64,000 nucleotides of DNA from Eledone cirrhosa (GCA_964016885.1 CAXHJY010000279.1:62001-126000); one strand, 5' to 3'; positions 13,545 to 28,575 are shown, counted from the first letter of the stretch. Program-made: numbers and translations. The notes: a model not told the origin generated them from the letters alone.

Positions 13545-14050
13545 TCATGTCTAATTCTCATTTCACATCTAATTTTCATCACTCATCTAATTGTCATCAC
13601 TCATCTAATTGTCATTACTCATCTAATTGTCATCTCACATCTAATTGTCATCTCACATCTAATTTTCATCTTTCCTCAAATTTTCATCTTTCATCTAATT
13701 TTCATTTCTTCTCTAATTTTCATCACTCATCTAACATTCATCTCTCATCTAACTTTCATCTCTCATCTAATTCTTATCTTTCATCTTATATAATTCTTAT
13801 CTCTCATCTCTCATCTTTATCTAAACTCTTCTGTTATCTATATTCCTATCTCTCATCTAATTTCATTTCTCTTCTAATGTCTTTATCTGTTATCTAAACT
13901 CTTATCTGTCATCTAAATTCTCATTTCTTATTTAATGTTTTTATCTAAACTCTTTTCTGTTATCTAAATCCTTATCTCTCACCTGTCTTTATCAAAACTC
14001 TTCCCTGTTATCTAAATCTTTATCCCTCATCAAATATTTTTATCTAAAAT
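13545..14050. repeat. Degenerate ~18-bp tandem repeat filling the last ROR intron
   Basis: Reiterated TCATCTAATT(G/T)TCATC(A/T)C-like units. Confidence 0.8.
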
Positions 14051-14080
14051 CTCACCTGTTGTAAATTCTTGTATTTGCAG

Positions 14081-15453
14081 GCCCACATGGTATTACTGAA
14101 GATGTGAACAAGCTGATGTTCATTCTCGTCCCAGGAATCACTGTACCTTTAGCTCTCGTTCTATTGTTAGCATTGGTATGTTTCTGTCAGAGGTCCCACA
14201 ACAGATACCAAGGAGCTAATGATAAGGCATCTCAGCGTCAAGGACAACCCATGGAATTAAGCCCTTTAGCAGCAAAATCTAATATGAGAACCAGAGAATT
14301 TTTCATGCAGAACATACGTTTTATCCAAGAGTTAGGTGAAGGAGCATTTGGCAAAGTTTATAAAGGCGAGCTGGTTGGATTGTTTAGTGAAAACTCCGTC
14401 ACGAAAGTTGCTATAAAGACTCTAAAAGAGAACGCATCTCCGAAAGTGCAAAACGATTTCCGAAGAGAGGTGGATTTGATGTCGGAGATGCGTCACTCTA
14501 ACATTGTCTGCCTGTTGGGCGTATGCATGAAACAAGAGCCGATGTGCATGTTGTTTGAGTACATGAGTCAAGGGGACCTACATGAATATTTAATCGCACA
14601 TTCGCCGCACTCGGACATAACAGGAATCGACGAAGACGGAAACCGAGTTTTAGACTATCTGGACATGCTACACATAGCGATACAGATCGCTTCCGGAATG
14701 GAATATCTTTCGAACCATCACTTTGTTCACCGAGATTTGGCGGCGAGGAACATCCTCGTCGGAGACGCGCTCACTGTGAAGATCTCCGACTTTGGACTTT
14801 CGCGAGACATCTACTCATCCGATTACTACCGTGTCCAGAGCAAGTCGCTGCTTCCAGTCCGATGGATGCCTCCAGAATCCATCCTCTACGGGAAATTCAC
14901 CACCGAGAGCGATGTCTGGTCTTTCGGTGTTGTTTTGTGGGAGATATTTAGTTACGGCCTGCAGCCTTACTACGGATATTCGAACCAAGAGGTTATCGAT
15001 ATGATTCGATCACGACAGATACTACGTTGTCCTGACAACTGCAACGCACACATTTATGCCTTGAAAGTAGAATGTTGGCATGAATTACCATCTCGCCGTC
15101 CATCTTTCAGAGAAATTAATGCTCGTTTGCGTGCCATTAAAATGGAAGCTATGAACCAGAATCCCCACTGGAGTATTTCACAAAGCCAGTCGGCTCATTC
15201 AAGCAGTACCCACCAGAGTTCCCACAGCCAGCCTAGCCATCAGAGCAGCGTAGGCCCCAGCAACACGACGGCCACTACCGGCCTAACAAGCTCGAGCAAT
15301 AACTCGGAGCCGAACCAACAACAACAACAACAACAACAAGGGAACAACCCACCAGTGCCTATGGCCAATCAAATGATGCCACCTCATGGCTACGTGCCCA
15401 ATCAGATGCCACTGACTCCGACACCAACGCAACAGATCATGATGATGCAGCAA

Positions 15454-15488
<35 letters not shown>

Positions 15489-15759
15489 GAGGGCGCCACC
15501 TCCATACGGAGGGCAGCAGATGAAGGTGTCGCCAGCTGGATCTGTTGCGAGCCACCCGTCTTCAGCTAACAGTTCTTCATCACAAGGATCGAGCATCAGT
15601 CACGGCATGACACAGATGGCTCCCCCTTCAGTCACCGGATACGTGGGGAACAATCTGTCAGCGCCACCCAACATGATGGGCTCCGACTGCCACAAAATGG
15701 CCAACTATATAACGCACCAGGCCCACATTCCGGACTCTAAGCCTGCTGCTGAGATTTAA
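14081..15759 (+). CDS. Ror: ROR terminal exon: transmembrane helix, tyrosine kinase domain, Ser/Thr-, Gln- and Pro-rich tail
   Basis: TTTGCAG acceptor ending 14080. TM segment LMFILVPGITVPLALVLLLALVCF. Motifs GEGAFG, VAIK, HRDLAARN, DFG and the ROR-type YSSDYYRVQSKSLLPVRWMPPE. Stop TAA ends at 15759. Kringle + TM + TK architecture defines the ROR family. Confidence 0.96.
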
Positions 15760-16414
15760 TCGAAACGACATTTCTGAATGTCTTAAATTAAAAAGATCAA
15801 CAACAACAACAACAATAACAACAATAATTTGATGATATGTTATTTTTTATTTTTTTTTGTTTGTTTGTTTTTTTTAAAGAAAAGAAGGATGTGAAAAAAA
15901 TAAAAAAGAAAAAGAAAAATATTAAAAAGAAAAAAGAAAAGCAAGAAAGAAAGAAAGACAGACACGTGACCTACCCCTCACCCACCCATTTAAAGAAAAG
16001 AAAATTCACCAAACTAAAAAGGAATATACATACATATATGAACACATGTATGTATGTATTTGTATATATTTATACACACCCCCTACCTACATATATATAT
16101 GTATACAACACACACATACATATATATATATGTATGTATATACACACACAGTATAAGTATTGAGTACAAAGTTAAACTATGGTCTTAGTTTAAATAAGTA
16201 ACTCACCATCTCTTTTTCTATATATATGTGTATATATATATGTGTGTATATATATATATGTGTGTGTATATAATTAAGAAGAGAAATGGTATGACACTAT
16301 GTCTGATACCATACAGGTAAAACCTTAAGGTACACACACATCGTGGAGTTCTTACGTCTGATTACACCACAATCAGTCGATTGCTTGATTAACCAATACT
16401 CTTTACTTAGATAG

Positions 16415-16527
<113 letters not shown>

Positions 16528-17761
16528 TACATACATACAAGTAATTAATATACCTGCCAAATTTTAATTTAACTATTTTTTTAATGTAAGTTTTCTCAAC
16601 ATTTAAAAAGGGTTTATACATGAAGATTGAGTTTAAAGGTAAACTATAATGTTACATATTGATTACAGGTGAAAATGAAAACCATAAGTACAGTTAGGAA
16701 TATTTTTAAAATTAAGATTATAAGTAAAATTTAGAACCCCAGGTAAAAATTAAGACCACAGGTACAATAAAGATTATAGATAATATTTAGATTAGAGTTG
16801 CAGGTGAAAATTAAGATCACAGGTAAAATTAAAGATTATTTGTAAAAATTAAGGTTATTTGTAAGATTTAAATTTACAGGTAAAAATTAAAACCATAGTT
16901 ACAAAAAAAATTATTTGGAAAATTAGGGTTATAGGTAAAAATTATGGTTATTTGTAAAATTAAGGTTATAGAAATAAATCAGTATTACAGGTAACAATAA
17001 GGATCATATAGGTAAACATTATGATTATTAAGGGCCAAAACTCTTGTAGGGGGAGGGAGCTTCTTCTCTGAAGACCTTCTGCTGTCCAGCTCCCTCGTTT
17101 TACTACAAAAATTAACTAAAATTAACATTATAATTACAAATAGACTTATGTCATATAAAATATAATATGACATGTGATATATATATGTTATATAGTGTGG
17201 TATATAACATATTATATATATATGTCATATATATAATATGTTATATAAAATGATATATATAACGTGATATATATTTAATGTTATATATATATAATATGAT
17301 ATATATAATGTGATATATATTTAATGTTATATATATATATATGTTATATAAAATATGATATATATAATGTGATGCATATTTAATGTTATATATATATAAT
17401 ATGTTATATAAAATATATCTAAAATATGATACATATAACATGTTATATATATATAACTGATGATATATAAAATATGATATATATATATATATAACATGTT
17501 ATATATAACGTGATATATACAATATTTTATATATATTACTTATATATAATGTTATATATGTAACATTATATATAATGTGATGTGTAATATATTTAATATT
17601 CTCTATATATAACACACATATATATATCATGTTATATATATATCATGTGATGTATATATAACATTATATATACATTAATCGTGCGACCAAATAACATATA
17701 CATCATATGACTCTGTTTATTTGTGAAATTCAATTTTCTTATGCACACACACTCACACATG

Positions 17762-17826
<65 letters not shown>

Positions 17827-18639
17827 ATATGTATATATATATATATATCGTACATATATGTATATATATCACACATATATGTCTGTGTGTTTATATATAT
17901 GTGTATACATATATTTGTGTATATGCATATGTGTGTGTCTATATATATATATATATACACGTGTGTGTGAGTGTGTGTATGTCTATATATATGTATGTGT
18001 GTGTGTGTTTTCTATTAAACCAAAGGGGTGGGTATAAAAGGAACTTCAATTACAAATGTCCTGGTGATGTTAGTTATAATATTTGAGACAAGGAAACAGG
18101 AAAAGAAGAAGAAAAAACAAAAACAAAAAAAAAATCAATAATAATAATAATAATAATATGTCCGCAATGAAACGGACAGAGATGAGAAAAGTGAGATGAG
18201 GGGTGATAACCAAGAGAGAGAAATAATGTGTACGGAGGTGATGGGGGAGGGTGATAAATGAAAGGAAGAATTTATTTAATCTATAGAGAAAGAAAGAAAG
18301 AAAAGAAGGAAGGAAAGGGGGAAAGAAAACTGATGTAATTTCTGTTTTCTTTGTATTTTCTTCATTTTTGTGATGTGATGTATCGGAGAAAGGATTTGAA
18401 ATGTATTATTGTTAGGGGTGAATAATAACCCCACAAAAAAGTATTTTACTGTTTTTTTTTTTCATTATTTTGAGTTCATCATAAAAGTGATTACAATTGT
18501 CAGTCCTTTGAATCCAGTTTAAAAAATATATGATAACAGACATGATGGGAGAATTCCCATCAGGGGATTGTGGGTAGAGAAAGTTAAAAGGAACTAAATT
18601 ACCAAAAAGAGGTTCTGATTCCACAATGAAGGTTTCAGT

Positions 18640-19600
18640 TTCTACTTAATTAAAACCTATTTGAAATATAATTACCGAAACTGTGAGAAAATCCTGGGAT
18701 AGAAATAAGGGGAGAGAGCAAGAAGCACTAAACTTCCCAGAAAAGATTTTGAGTCAGCCCTATCTGGGTTTCAATTCTCGCTTTGTACCCCAAATTTGAA
18801 ATATATTAACAGAAACAGTGGAAAAATCCTGGGGTAAAAAGAGGGGAAGAGCAAGAAGCACTAAAATTCCTGCAAAAGGTTTTGAGTTCCCCCCATCAGG
18901 GTTTCAATTCTCACTTGAACCCAACTGAAATATAATAACAGAAATTGTGAGTTTCAAGCCCCTTCTCCCCAACACCTGGGTTTCAAATTCTGGCTTGAAA
19001 TCAACCAAAACATATTAACAGAAAAATTGGGTTTCAAATTCTGGCTTGAATCCAACTGAAATATATTAAAAAAAACATTGATTTTTGAGTCCCCAAGATT
19101 GGTGTTCCAATTCTGGCTAGGACCTAACTGAAATATATTAACAGAAACAGTGAGCTTTGAGTCCCCACCCCCATAAGGGTTTCAGATTCTCGCTTGAGCC
19201 CAAACTGAAACAGTGGGTTTGAGTCCCCACCCCCATAAGGGTTTCAAATTCTCACTTGAGCCCAAACTGAAATATATTAACTGAAACAGTGAGTTGTGAG
19301 TCCCCACCCTCGGGGTATCAATTCTTGTTTGAACACAAACTGAAATATATTAAGAAAAACATTGGGTTTTGAATCACCCCATCAGGGTTTCAATTTTCAT
19401 TTGAACCAAACTGAAATATATTAACAGAAATGTTAGTAAAATCTTGTAATTGAGAAAGAGAGGGGAGAGAAAGAGATGGAAGAGAGAGAGCGAGCATGAA
19501 AAACTAAATTTCCGGAAATGCTCTTGAGTCCAGAGTCATAGGTTCAATCTCTACATGAACCCATTCAAAATATATTAAAAGACACAGTGGCATGTTCTGG
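18640..19600. repeat. Degenerate minisatellite (~60-70-bp core)
   Basis: Recurrent GGGTTTCAA(A)TTCT...AACTGAAATATATTAACAGAAAC motifs. Confidence 0.75.
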
Positions 19601-20407
19601 GGTTAGTGAGAGCAAGAAATAAGGTTCATAGAAAAGGTTTTTCACTCCACAATCCTACATGAAATCCCCATTTTTTTTTTACATTAATTAATAACAGAAA
19701 GAAAGAAAAAAGTGGCAACTCCAGGGTTTAGCAAGAATTAGGTGAAAAAAAACCCTATAAATTGTGGTTTCAACCCCTATTTAAACCCCATATCATTTCA
19801 TTTTTATTATTTCATTTCACTTCATTTCGCTTATACCACTTGCTGCCACTAATTCCCTTTGAGAAATGGCTAAACATCACAACATCACAATACATCCCGG
19901 TTCCTATTAAACCCTTTAGTCAATCAGTTGGGCCTTTCAGCATAGTGAAGTATAAAACAAACTAAATCTCAATGTATACAGCAATATATATATATATATA
20001 AACACTCACACACATTTATTTACACATATATATATATATATTTACACATATTTATTTGCACACACACACATATATATATATATATAGATATATATACACA
20101 TATTATACACGTGTGTGTATAATAAAAACAAATATATATATGTATATATATATTTATATACTCATATATACATATATATTTATTTGTATGTATGTGTGTA
20201 TATATATATTTATATACTTATATTTACATATATATATGCTTGTATATATGTGATATATATATACATATATATATATACATATATATACACATATATATAT
20301 TTTATATATATATATATGTGTGTGTGTGTACATATATATATGTGCATGCATATAGATATGTGTGAATGTATATATATATATATTTGTATATATATACACA
20401 CATATAT

Positions 20408-20518
<111 letters not shown>

Positions 20519-21099
20519 TGATACCAATATCAAGTGTGTCCTAAGCTGGCTGAACAAAGTGTATGCCACTCTCATCATTGTTGTCATCAGAAAAAACAAA
20601 CCCCACCTTTAAAAAAACCCTAGAAAATTCCTTTAAATCTCTATATATAGGTTCATTCAAATGTCTGCCAAATATTCTGAATTCAATCCTGCCAAAGAAG
20701 TGAATGGGTGGGCGGGTGGATCTGTGGGTGAGTTGAAGTGATGGTATGTGGGCTCCTGTGATTGTTTCATTAATTTTTTATTTTAATTTCAGTCTAATCT
20801 TTTTTGCCAAGTCCAAACAGAGGGAATGATGGTGTGGTGTGGTGTAGTGGGGTGTGGTGTCGTGTCGTGTCATGTCGTGTGATTCCTCAAATGACTATGA
20901 TTACGACATGTCTGGTTTAATTCATCAAATATTCTTTCTTCTCCTAACATGTTACAAGTGCTGGCTGGAAGATGGATGCGTCACATACAGTATGTATTCT
21001 GGCTCTGTATGTTCTGAGTTCAAATCCTGCCTCATGTCACTTGACATTTGACACTGGAAGAAAAAGAAGAAAATAAACATCAAAATAGTTTTGAAACTT

Positions 21100-22480
21100 A
21101 TGCCAGGTGCTTCAACTGATAGATAGTAGCAGCAATGGAAAAGACCAATTGCATCTTAGTTTTAACCAAAAGATAGTATCATCAATAGGAAAGATGAATT
21201 GATTCTTAGTTTTAACTCCCAGATAGTATCAGCAATGAGAAAGACTAACTGAATCTTAGTTTTCGCTGCCAGATATATCAACAGTGGGAAAGACTATTTG
21301 AAACATAGTTTTAACTAACAATTACTATCAGCAGTGGGAAAGACCAATTGAATCTTCGTTCTAGCTGCCAGATTGTATCAGCAGTGGGAAAGACCAATTG
21401 AATCTTAGTTTTAATTAACAGATAGTATTAGCAATGGGAAGGACTAAACTTCCTGATAGTATCAGCAATGGGAAGGACCAAATAAATATTAGTTTTAACT
21501 AACCGATAGTATCAGCAATGGGAAGGATTAAATGAATCTTAGTTTTAACTCCCAGACACTATCAGCAATAGGAAGAACTAAACTTCCAGATAGTATCAGC
21601 AATGAGAAAGACGAATTGAAACTTAATTTTAACTGCCTGGTAGTATCAACTGTGGGAAAGACTATTTGAAACTTAGTTTTAACAGCCAGATAGTATCCAC
21701 AATGAAAAAGACTATTTGAATCTTAGTTTTAACTGCCAGATAGTATCTACAATGGGAAAGACTATTTGAATCTTAGTTCTTTAACTGCCAAATAGTATCT
21801 ACAATGGGAAAGACTATTTGAATCTTAGTTCTTTAACTGCCAGATAGTATCTACAATGGGAAAGACTATTTGAATCTTAGTTCTTTAACTGCCAAATAGT
21901 ATCTACAATGGGAAAGACTATTTGAATCTTAGTTCTTTAACTGCCAGATAGTATCTACAATGGGAAAGACTATTTGAATCTTAGTTCTTTAACTGCCAAA
22001 TAGTATCTACAATGGGAAAGACTATTTGAATCTTAGTTCTTTAACTGCCAGATAGTATCTACAATGGGAAAGACTATTTGAATCTTAGTTCTTTAACTGC
22101 CAAATAGTATCTACAATGGGAAAGACTATTTGAATCTTAGTTCGTTCTTTAACTGCCAGATAGTATCTACAATGGGAAAGACTATTTGAATCTTAGTTCT
22201 TTAACTGCCAGATAGTATCTACAATGGGGAAAGACTATTTGAATCTTAGTTCTTTAACTGTCAGATAGTATCTACAATGAGGAAAGACTATTTGAATCTT
22301 AGTTCTTTAATTGCCAGATAGTATCTACAGTGAGAAAGACCAAGTTGAATCTTAGTTTTAACTGCCACACAGTAAAAACAGTGGAAAGGACTATACGAAA
22401 CATAGTTTTCACTTACTGATATTATAAGCAATAGGAAAAACCAAGAGAAACAGTTTTAATCAAGTGATAGTATTGCCAAT
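21100..22480. repeat. 50-52-bp minisatellite
   Basis: Unit ATCTACAATGGGAAAGACTATTTGAATCTTAGTTCTTTAACTGCCAGATAGT. Homogeneous core ~21720-22330, diverged flanks. Confidence 0.95.
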
Positions 22481-22711
22481 GGGGAAAGAAATATTAATTT
22501 AAACATATATTAAATTGATAGATAATGTCGGTAATGGGGGAAAAGAAAGGCCCACTCATCAAACATCATCATCATCATCATAATCATCATCCTCGCAAAG
22601 AGTAAATAGTCCAGCCCTCTAAATAGTCCCACCGAAACATGCCAAAGTATCAAAATATGACAACAAATAAACAGCAACCTAACATGTTGCCCACCCACCC
22701 TCCACATACAC

Positions 22712-22749
<38 letters not shown>

Positions 22750-22915
22750 TGGATAGAGGAGAAAAATTATGAAACAAAAATGATAACATGAAATTCAAAT
22801 TTAAAAAAAAAGGCCAAAAATATATTTAAAAAGAAATAAAAAAGTGAAAAGAAAGAAAGAAAAGATAAATGTATGTACTGCATATGTATATAGTGTTTAT
22901 ATACTTATATACTAC

Positions 22916-22952
<37 letters not shown>

Positions 22953-23031
22953 TATGAATGAATATATGCATGTACATCTATCTCTATATATATGTGAGAA
23001 TATATATATATGTGTGTCTATATATGTGTGA

Positions 23032-23081
<50 letters not shown>

Positions 23082-23484
23082 GCATATATGTTGAAGCTGA
23101 TAACTCCCAATGATAAAGACCTTATTTTCAAAGTAAACACAAACAAACCAACATACATGACTAAAGTGAGATGGGATATATTTTAACAAAATAAAATCAA
23201 ACCTCTTGTGAGGAGAAAACAAAAATACTCAGTATCTTAATCACCAAATCTAGTCAAAAAAGCAAGGGAGACAAATCCTGAATTTAAATTAATATAAAAA
23301 AATAATAGTAATTTTAATTATAAATATTAGAAGGATGTGGGAAGTGAGTGGCTCTCTGATCTTTGGTTACCATGGTGAAAACTCCGGACAGGTTAAGGTC
23401 TGATAAAAACTCACAGACTTTACTTTCATAAGAGGAAAACACAAATCTTGAATAACACTCCCTGGTGAAGTCATCAGCTTCAAA

Positions 23485-23558
<74 letters not shown>

Positions 23559-23716
23559 CCCACACACATATATACATATATATGAGAACATCAACGATTC
23601 AGTTTGGAACTAGCTGTTGAAACAGCAGGGGTTCAGTTGTTGGGGTCCTGGCTCCATATATATATATATATATTATAAAGAACGAGGAATCAGTGTTGCA
23701 TCATCTCACATTTATT

Positions 23717-23810
23717 AACATATTACATATGTTTCTTCGTCAATTAGCTCAAGGCAAGATCTGTTACAGATCAAACCTGACTCAGCAATCGAAGGATCTT
23801 CAGATATGTT
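23717..23810 (-). ncRNA. Putative type I hammerhead ribozyme, intact core, extended stem II
   Basis: AACATAT-CTGAAGA-[61-nt hairpin: TTCG/CGAA, GCT/AGC, AGG/CCT, GATCTG/CAGATC]-GAAA-CATATG-TA-ATATGTT. Perfect 7-bp stem I, palindrome ACATATGT, GUA triplet. Confidence 0.75.
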
Positions 23811-23824
23811 TTGAGCAACCTTAC

Positions 23825-23858
<34 letters not shown>

Positions 23859-23919
23859 TGTGTGCGTGTATGTATGGAAATATATATATATATATATGCA
23901 CATATATATATGTGTATAT

Positions 23920-23950
<31 letters not shown>

Positions 23951-24295
23951 CACATATCTATATATCTATAAATGTATATATACACACACATATACATGTG
24001 TATATATATATATATGTGTGTATACACATATCTATATATCTATAAATGTATATATACACACACACATATACATGTGTGTATATATATATGTGTGTATACA
24101 CATATCTATAAATGTATATATACTCACACATATACATGTGTATATATATATATATATATGTGTGTGTGTATACACATATCTATATATCTATAAATGTATA
24201 TATACACACACATATACATGTGTGTATATATATATATATGTGTGTATACACATATCTATATATCTATAAATGTATATATACACACACACATATAC

Positions 24296-24338
<43 letters not shown>

Positions 24339-25438
24339 TACACACATATATACACATATATACAGAGACAGAAAAACATATATATATATATATATATTAA
24401 GGACTATAAAATACACCTTAATATTCAAGAAAATGTCTTTTCTTTAAGCTGCATATGGAGTTGTTGTTTTTCATCTTTTTTTGCTGTCTTTTATTATATT
24501 ATTTTGTTTCCGGAAAAAAAAACAAACCCAGATAATATTTTTCATTAGGGACCCATCCGAAGGGGATTTAGAAAAGATGAAGAAAGGAAGGGAAAGGAGC
24601 GGAATTTTGGAGTATTGGAAAGGAGTTATTTTTCTGTGTGTATGTATGTGTATGAATGAGAATATGCGCACATACGTAATATGTGTATATGTGTGTGTGT
24701 ATGTGTGTCTTTTATTGTTTTTTTTAAAGACAAAGGGAGAGTAAATTTTTTTTTTTTATTGTTTTTTTTTTTGCAGAGATCAGAGTGGGGTCGTTTGGTC
24801 GGTCGGGTGGGGAAGTAGTGAAAAGTAAATATACTTATTTATTTATAGATTTGTATATTTTTTTGTATTTTTTTTTTTCGTTTTTTGTTTGTTTGTTTTT
24901 TTTTTTGTTTTTTTTTTGTTTGTTTTTTTTTTTACTCCGAGTATCAAAAATCTAATCCTGTATATGCCAAACTCATTCTCTTAGAATGAGCTACCTTAGC
25001 AAATTAGAAATATATATATATTGAAATATAATGAATGTTCTTCCAATATTTATCAAGTGATATGTGTGTATATATACATATATATATATATTCATTTATT
25101 TACGTACATATATATATATTTATATGTATGTATGAATTCATATATATATATATATATATATAAATAGTTATATATGTATATGTAAATATGTATATGTATG
25201 TATATATATTTATGTGTCTGTGTATATATAGTATATATATAAATGCATACATATGTATATGTATGTATGTTTTTATTTATAAATACATATATAGGTATCT
25301 GTATATATATAAATACATATATAGGTATCTGTGTATATATATATATATATATGCATGTATATATATATATATATATATGCATGTGTATATATATATATGT
25401 ATATATGCATGTATATATATATATATATGTATATATGC

Positions 25439-25473
<35 letters not shown>

Positions 25474-25624
25474 TGTATATATATATATATATGCATTTAT
25501 ATATATGTGTGTATATGTATGCATATATATGTAGGTATATACATGTGTTTATGTATATATATATACACACACATATATATATATATATATATACCTTTAT
25601 ATATACAAATATATAATTATATGC

Positions 25625-25655
<31 letters not shown>

Positions 25656-25890
25656 CATATATACAAATATATAATTATATGCATATATATATATACACAT
25701 ATATATATACACATATATATATACATATATATATATACATATATACAAATATATATACATAAACACACACACTTGAATTGGTCAATCCCTTCCCAACTGT
25801 CCTATCCCGCTCTGCCAAAAATAAATAAAATACGATAAATATAAATATAAAAAAAACCCCCAGAAATCAAAAGAGAGAGTTAAAACAATA

Positions 25891-26101
25891 TGGAGAGTTC
25901 TATAAGGTCAGGCAAGCCTGCTACTACAATGCCGGAGAGTTCTATAAGGTCAGGCAAGCCTGCTACTACAATGCCGGAGAGTTCTATAAGGTCAGGCAAG
26001 CCTGCTACTACAATGCCGGAGAGTTCTATAAGGTCAGGCAAGCCTGCTACTACAATGCCGGAGAGTTCTATAAGGTCAGGCAAGCCTGCTACTACAATGC
26101 C
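25891..26101. repeat. Perfect 42-bp tandem repeat x5
   Basis: GGAGAGTTCTATAAGGTCAGGCAAGCCTGCTACTACAATGCC repeated five times. Confidence 0.95.
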
Positions 26102-27736
26102 AACAACAACATTTACCATTTGTCAAAAGTTTTCTTTTTCCTTGACCCCAGAAGGAGTCGTGGGCTCATGTTTCCACATTATTCTGGATCTGGAATATAA
26201 GATATATATATATAAGTGTATATATATATATGTATGTATATATATATTTATATATATATATATGTGTGCATATATATGTATATGTATACGTATATATATA
26301 TATATGTATGTATATATATATTTATATATATATATATATATGTGTGTATATATATGTATATGTATACATATATGTATATATATGTATGTGTATATATATA
26401 TGTGTATGTGTATATATATATGTGTATATATATATATATATGTGTATATATATATATGTATGTGTATATATATATATATGTATGTGTATATATATATATA
26501 TATATGTATGTGTATATATATGTATATGTGTATGTGTATATATATGTATATGTATATGTGTATATATGTATATTTGTATATATATATATGTATATGTATA
26601 TGTGTATATATATATGTATATTTGTATATTTGTATATATATATATGTATATGTATATGTGTATATATATATGTATATTTGTATATATATATATGTATATT
26701 TGTATATGTATATATATATGTGTATATGTATATATATATGTGTATATGTGTATATATATGTGTATATGTGTATATATATATGTATATTTGTATATATATA
26801 TATATGTGCGTGTGTGTGTATGTATATATATATATATACAAATATTACCTATATAGTTATGTGCATATATACATGTGTGTATATATATATACATATACAT
26901 ATATATATGTATGTATACAATACATATATATATGTATATATATGTATATATATACATATATACAATATATATATACATATATACAATATATATATACATA
27001 TATACAATATATATATACATATATACAATATATATATACATATATACAATATTTATATATACATATATACAATATTTATATATACATATATACAATATAT
27101 ATATACATATATACAATACATATATATTAATATAGGTATATATACAATGCATATATACATATATATTAATATATGTATATATACTAATATATGTATATAT
27201 ACAATGCATATACATATATATATGTATATATACTAATATATGTATATATACAATGCATATACATATATATATACATATATATAAATATGTGTATATATAT
27301 ATATATTTAGTATATATATATACCTATTCATATATGTGTGTAGATATACATATATATGTATATACAGATATATTTATATTGTTATATATATATATATATA
27401 TATATATAAACATACATTCATGCACACAAAAATTATACTTGATAATTACTTGATAATATTATTATTGATAATGAGAAATAATGTTGATCATTTCTTTTAT
27501 TTATTTATTTTCTTTTTAAATTATAATTAATGATAATGATAATAAGGATAAACGATAATGATAATAAGTATTTCTAACGTATTGAAATAATGATTTCTAA
27601 CATTTGATAATGATGATGATAATAAACAATTATTTCTACAACGACTACTGCTATGATTATTTTTGTTGTTCTTATTGTTGTTGTTATTGGTGTTGTTATC
27701 TATATGTGTGCATGTATGTATATATATATATATATT

Positions 27737-28372
27737 TAAAACTGTATACAGCTATGGTACGACCACACTTGGAATTCGCATCATCATTCTGGAACCCCTA
27801 TCTTGCTCAGAACATTGTCCTCCTGGAAACTGTTCAGAGACGTGCAACCAAGCGCATACCCTCCATCAGACACCTACCATACTCTGAACGCCTTGCTTCC
27901 CTGGGCATGGATTCATTGAAGCTCCGACGTCTGGCAATGGACTTGGTGAATACCCACAAAGTTATTAACCATCTCGCCAATTGCAACCCTGAGCACCTTT
28001 TTGATCTCCATGTGTCTAACACACGTGGACATGCCTACAAGATCAGAAAACAGCACAGCTCCCATGACTTTCGTAGACATTTTTTCACGCTCGGGGTTGC
28101 TGAGGCATGGAATGGGCTGCCTGCGTCGGTTGTTGGCTGCCGAGACACTGCATCCTTTAAGACACTCATGCTTCCCGAAATACGCCAAAACTACACCTGA
28201 TGTACCCCTTCCATACACATGTACACATGTGTGTATCATGACTCGTGCACTGTTCATTTTACTGATGTTTGTGCATTGCCCTATGTACTTTACATGCACT
28301 TTTTGATGAGTTGTGATGCACCTGGGCACTGTACACAATATTTCATTATTATTATTATTATTATTATTATTA
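27737..28372 (+). mobile_element. CR1-clade LINE 3' end
   Basis: KLYTAMVRPHLEFASSFWNPY...VQRRATK...YSERL...TRGHAYK...FFTLGVAEAWNGLP, then 3' UTR and (ATT)n tail. Confidence 0.9.
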
Positions 28373-28374
28373 AT

Positions 28375-28575
28375 AGGGCGGTGAATTGGCAGTATCAGTA
28401 GAGGGTCGGACGCCATGCTTTGACGCAAAGAGTTACATCCCTTTCCATTCTGAGTTCAAATCCCGCCGAGGTTAACTTTGCCTTTCATCCTTACGGGGGT
28501 CGATAAAATAAAGTACCAGTTATGTACTGGGTAATTGCTGGCCTTGTGCCAAACGTAGAAACAATTATTATTATT
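28375..28575 (+). mobile_element. SINE (family of 12844)
   Basis: Sequence similarity to 12844-13034. Followed by another CR1 3' UTR copy (28578-28700). Confidence 0.8.

Noticed and set aside
14104-14106. GTG start of the 551-aa ORF as a single-exon gene
   Set aside because: The frame is entered by splicing at 14081 from the kringle exons.
21720-22330. CRISPR-like regular repeats
   Set aside because: Head-to-tail units without spacers, eukaryotic context.
23340-23480. CTGATGA on minus as another hammerhead
   Set aside because: No convincing GAAA-stem III-UH with a pairing stem I.
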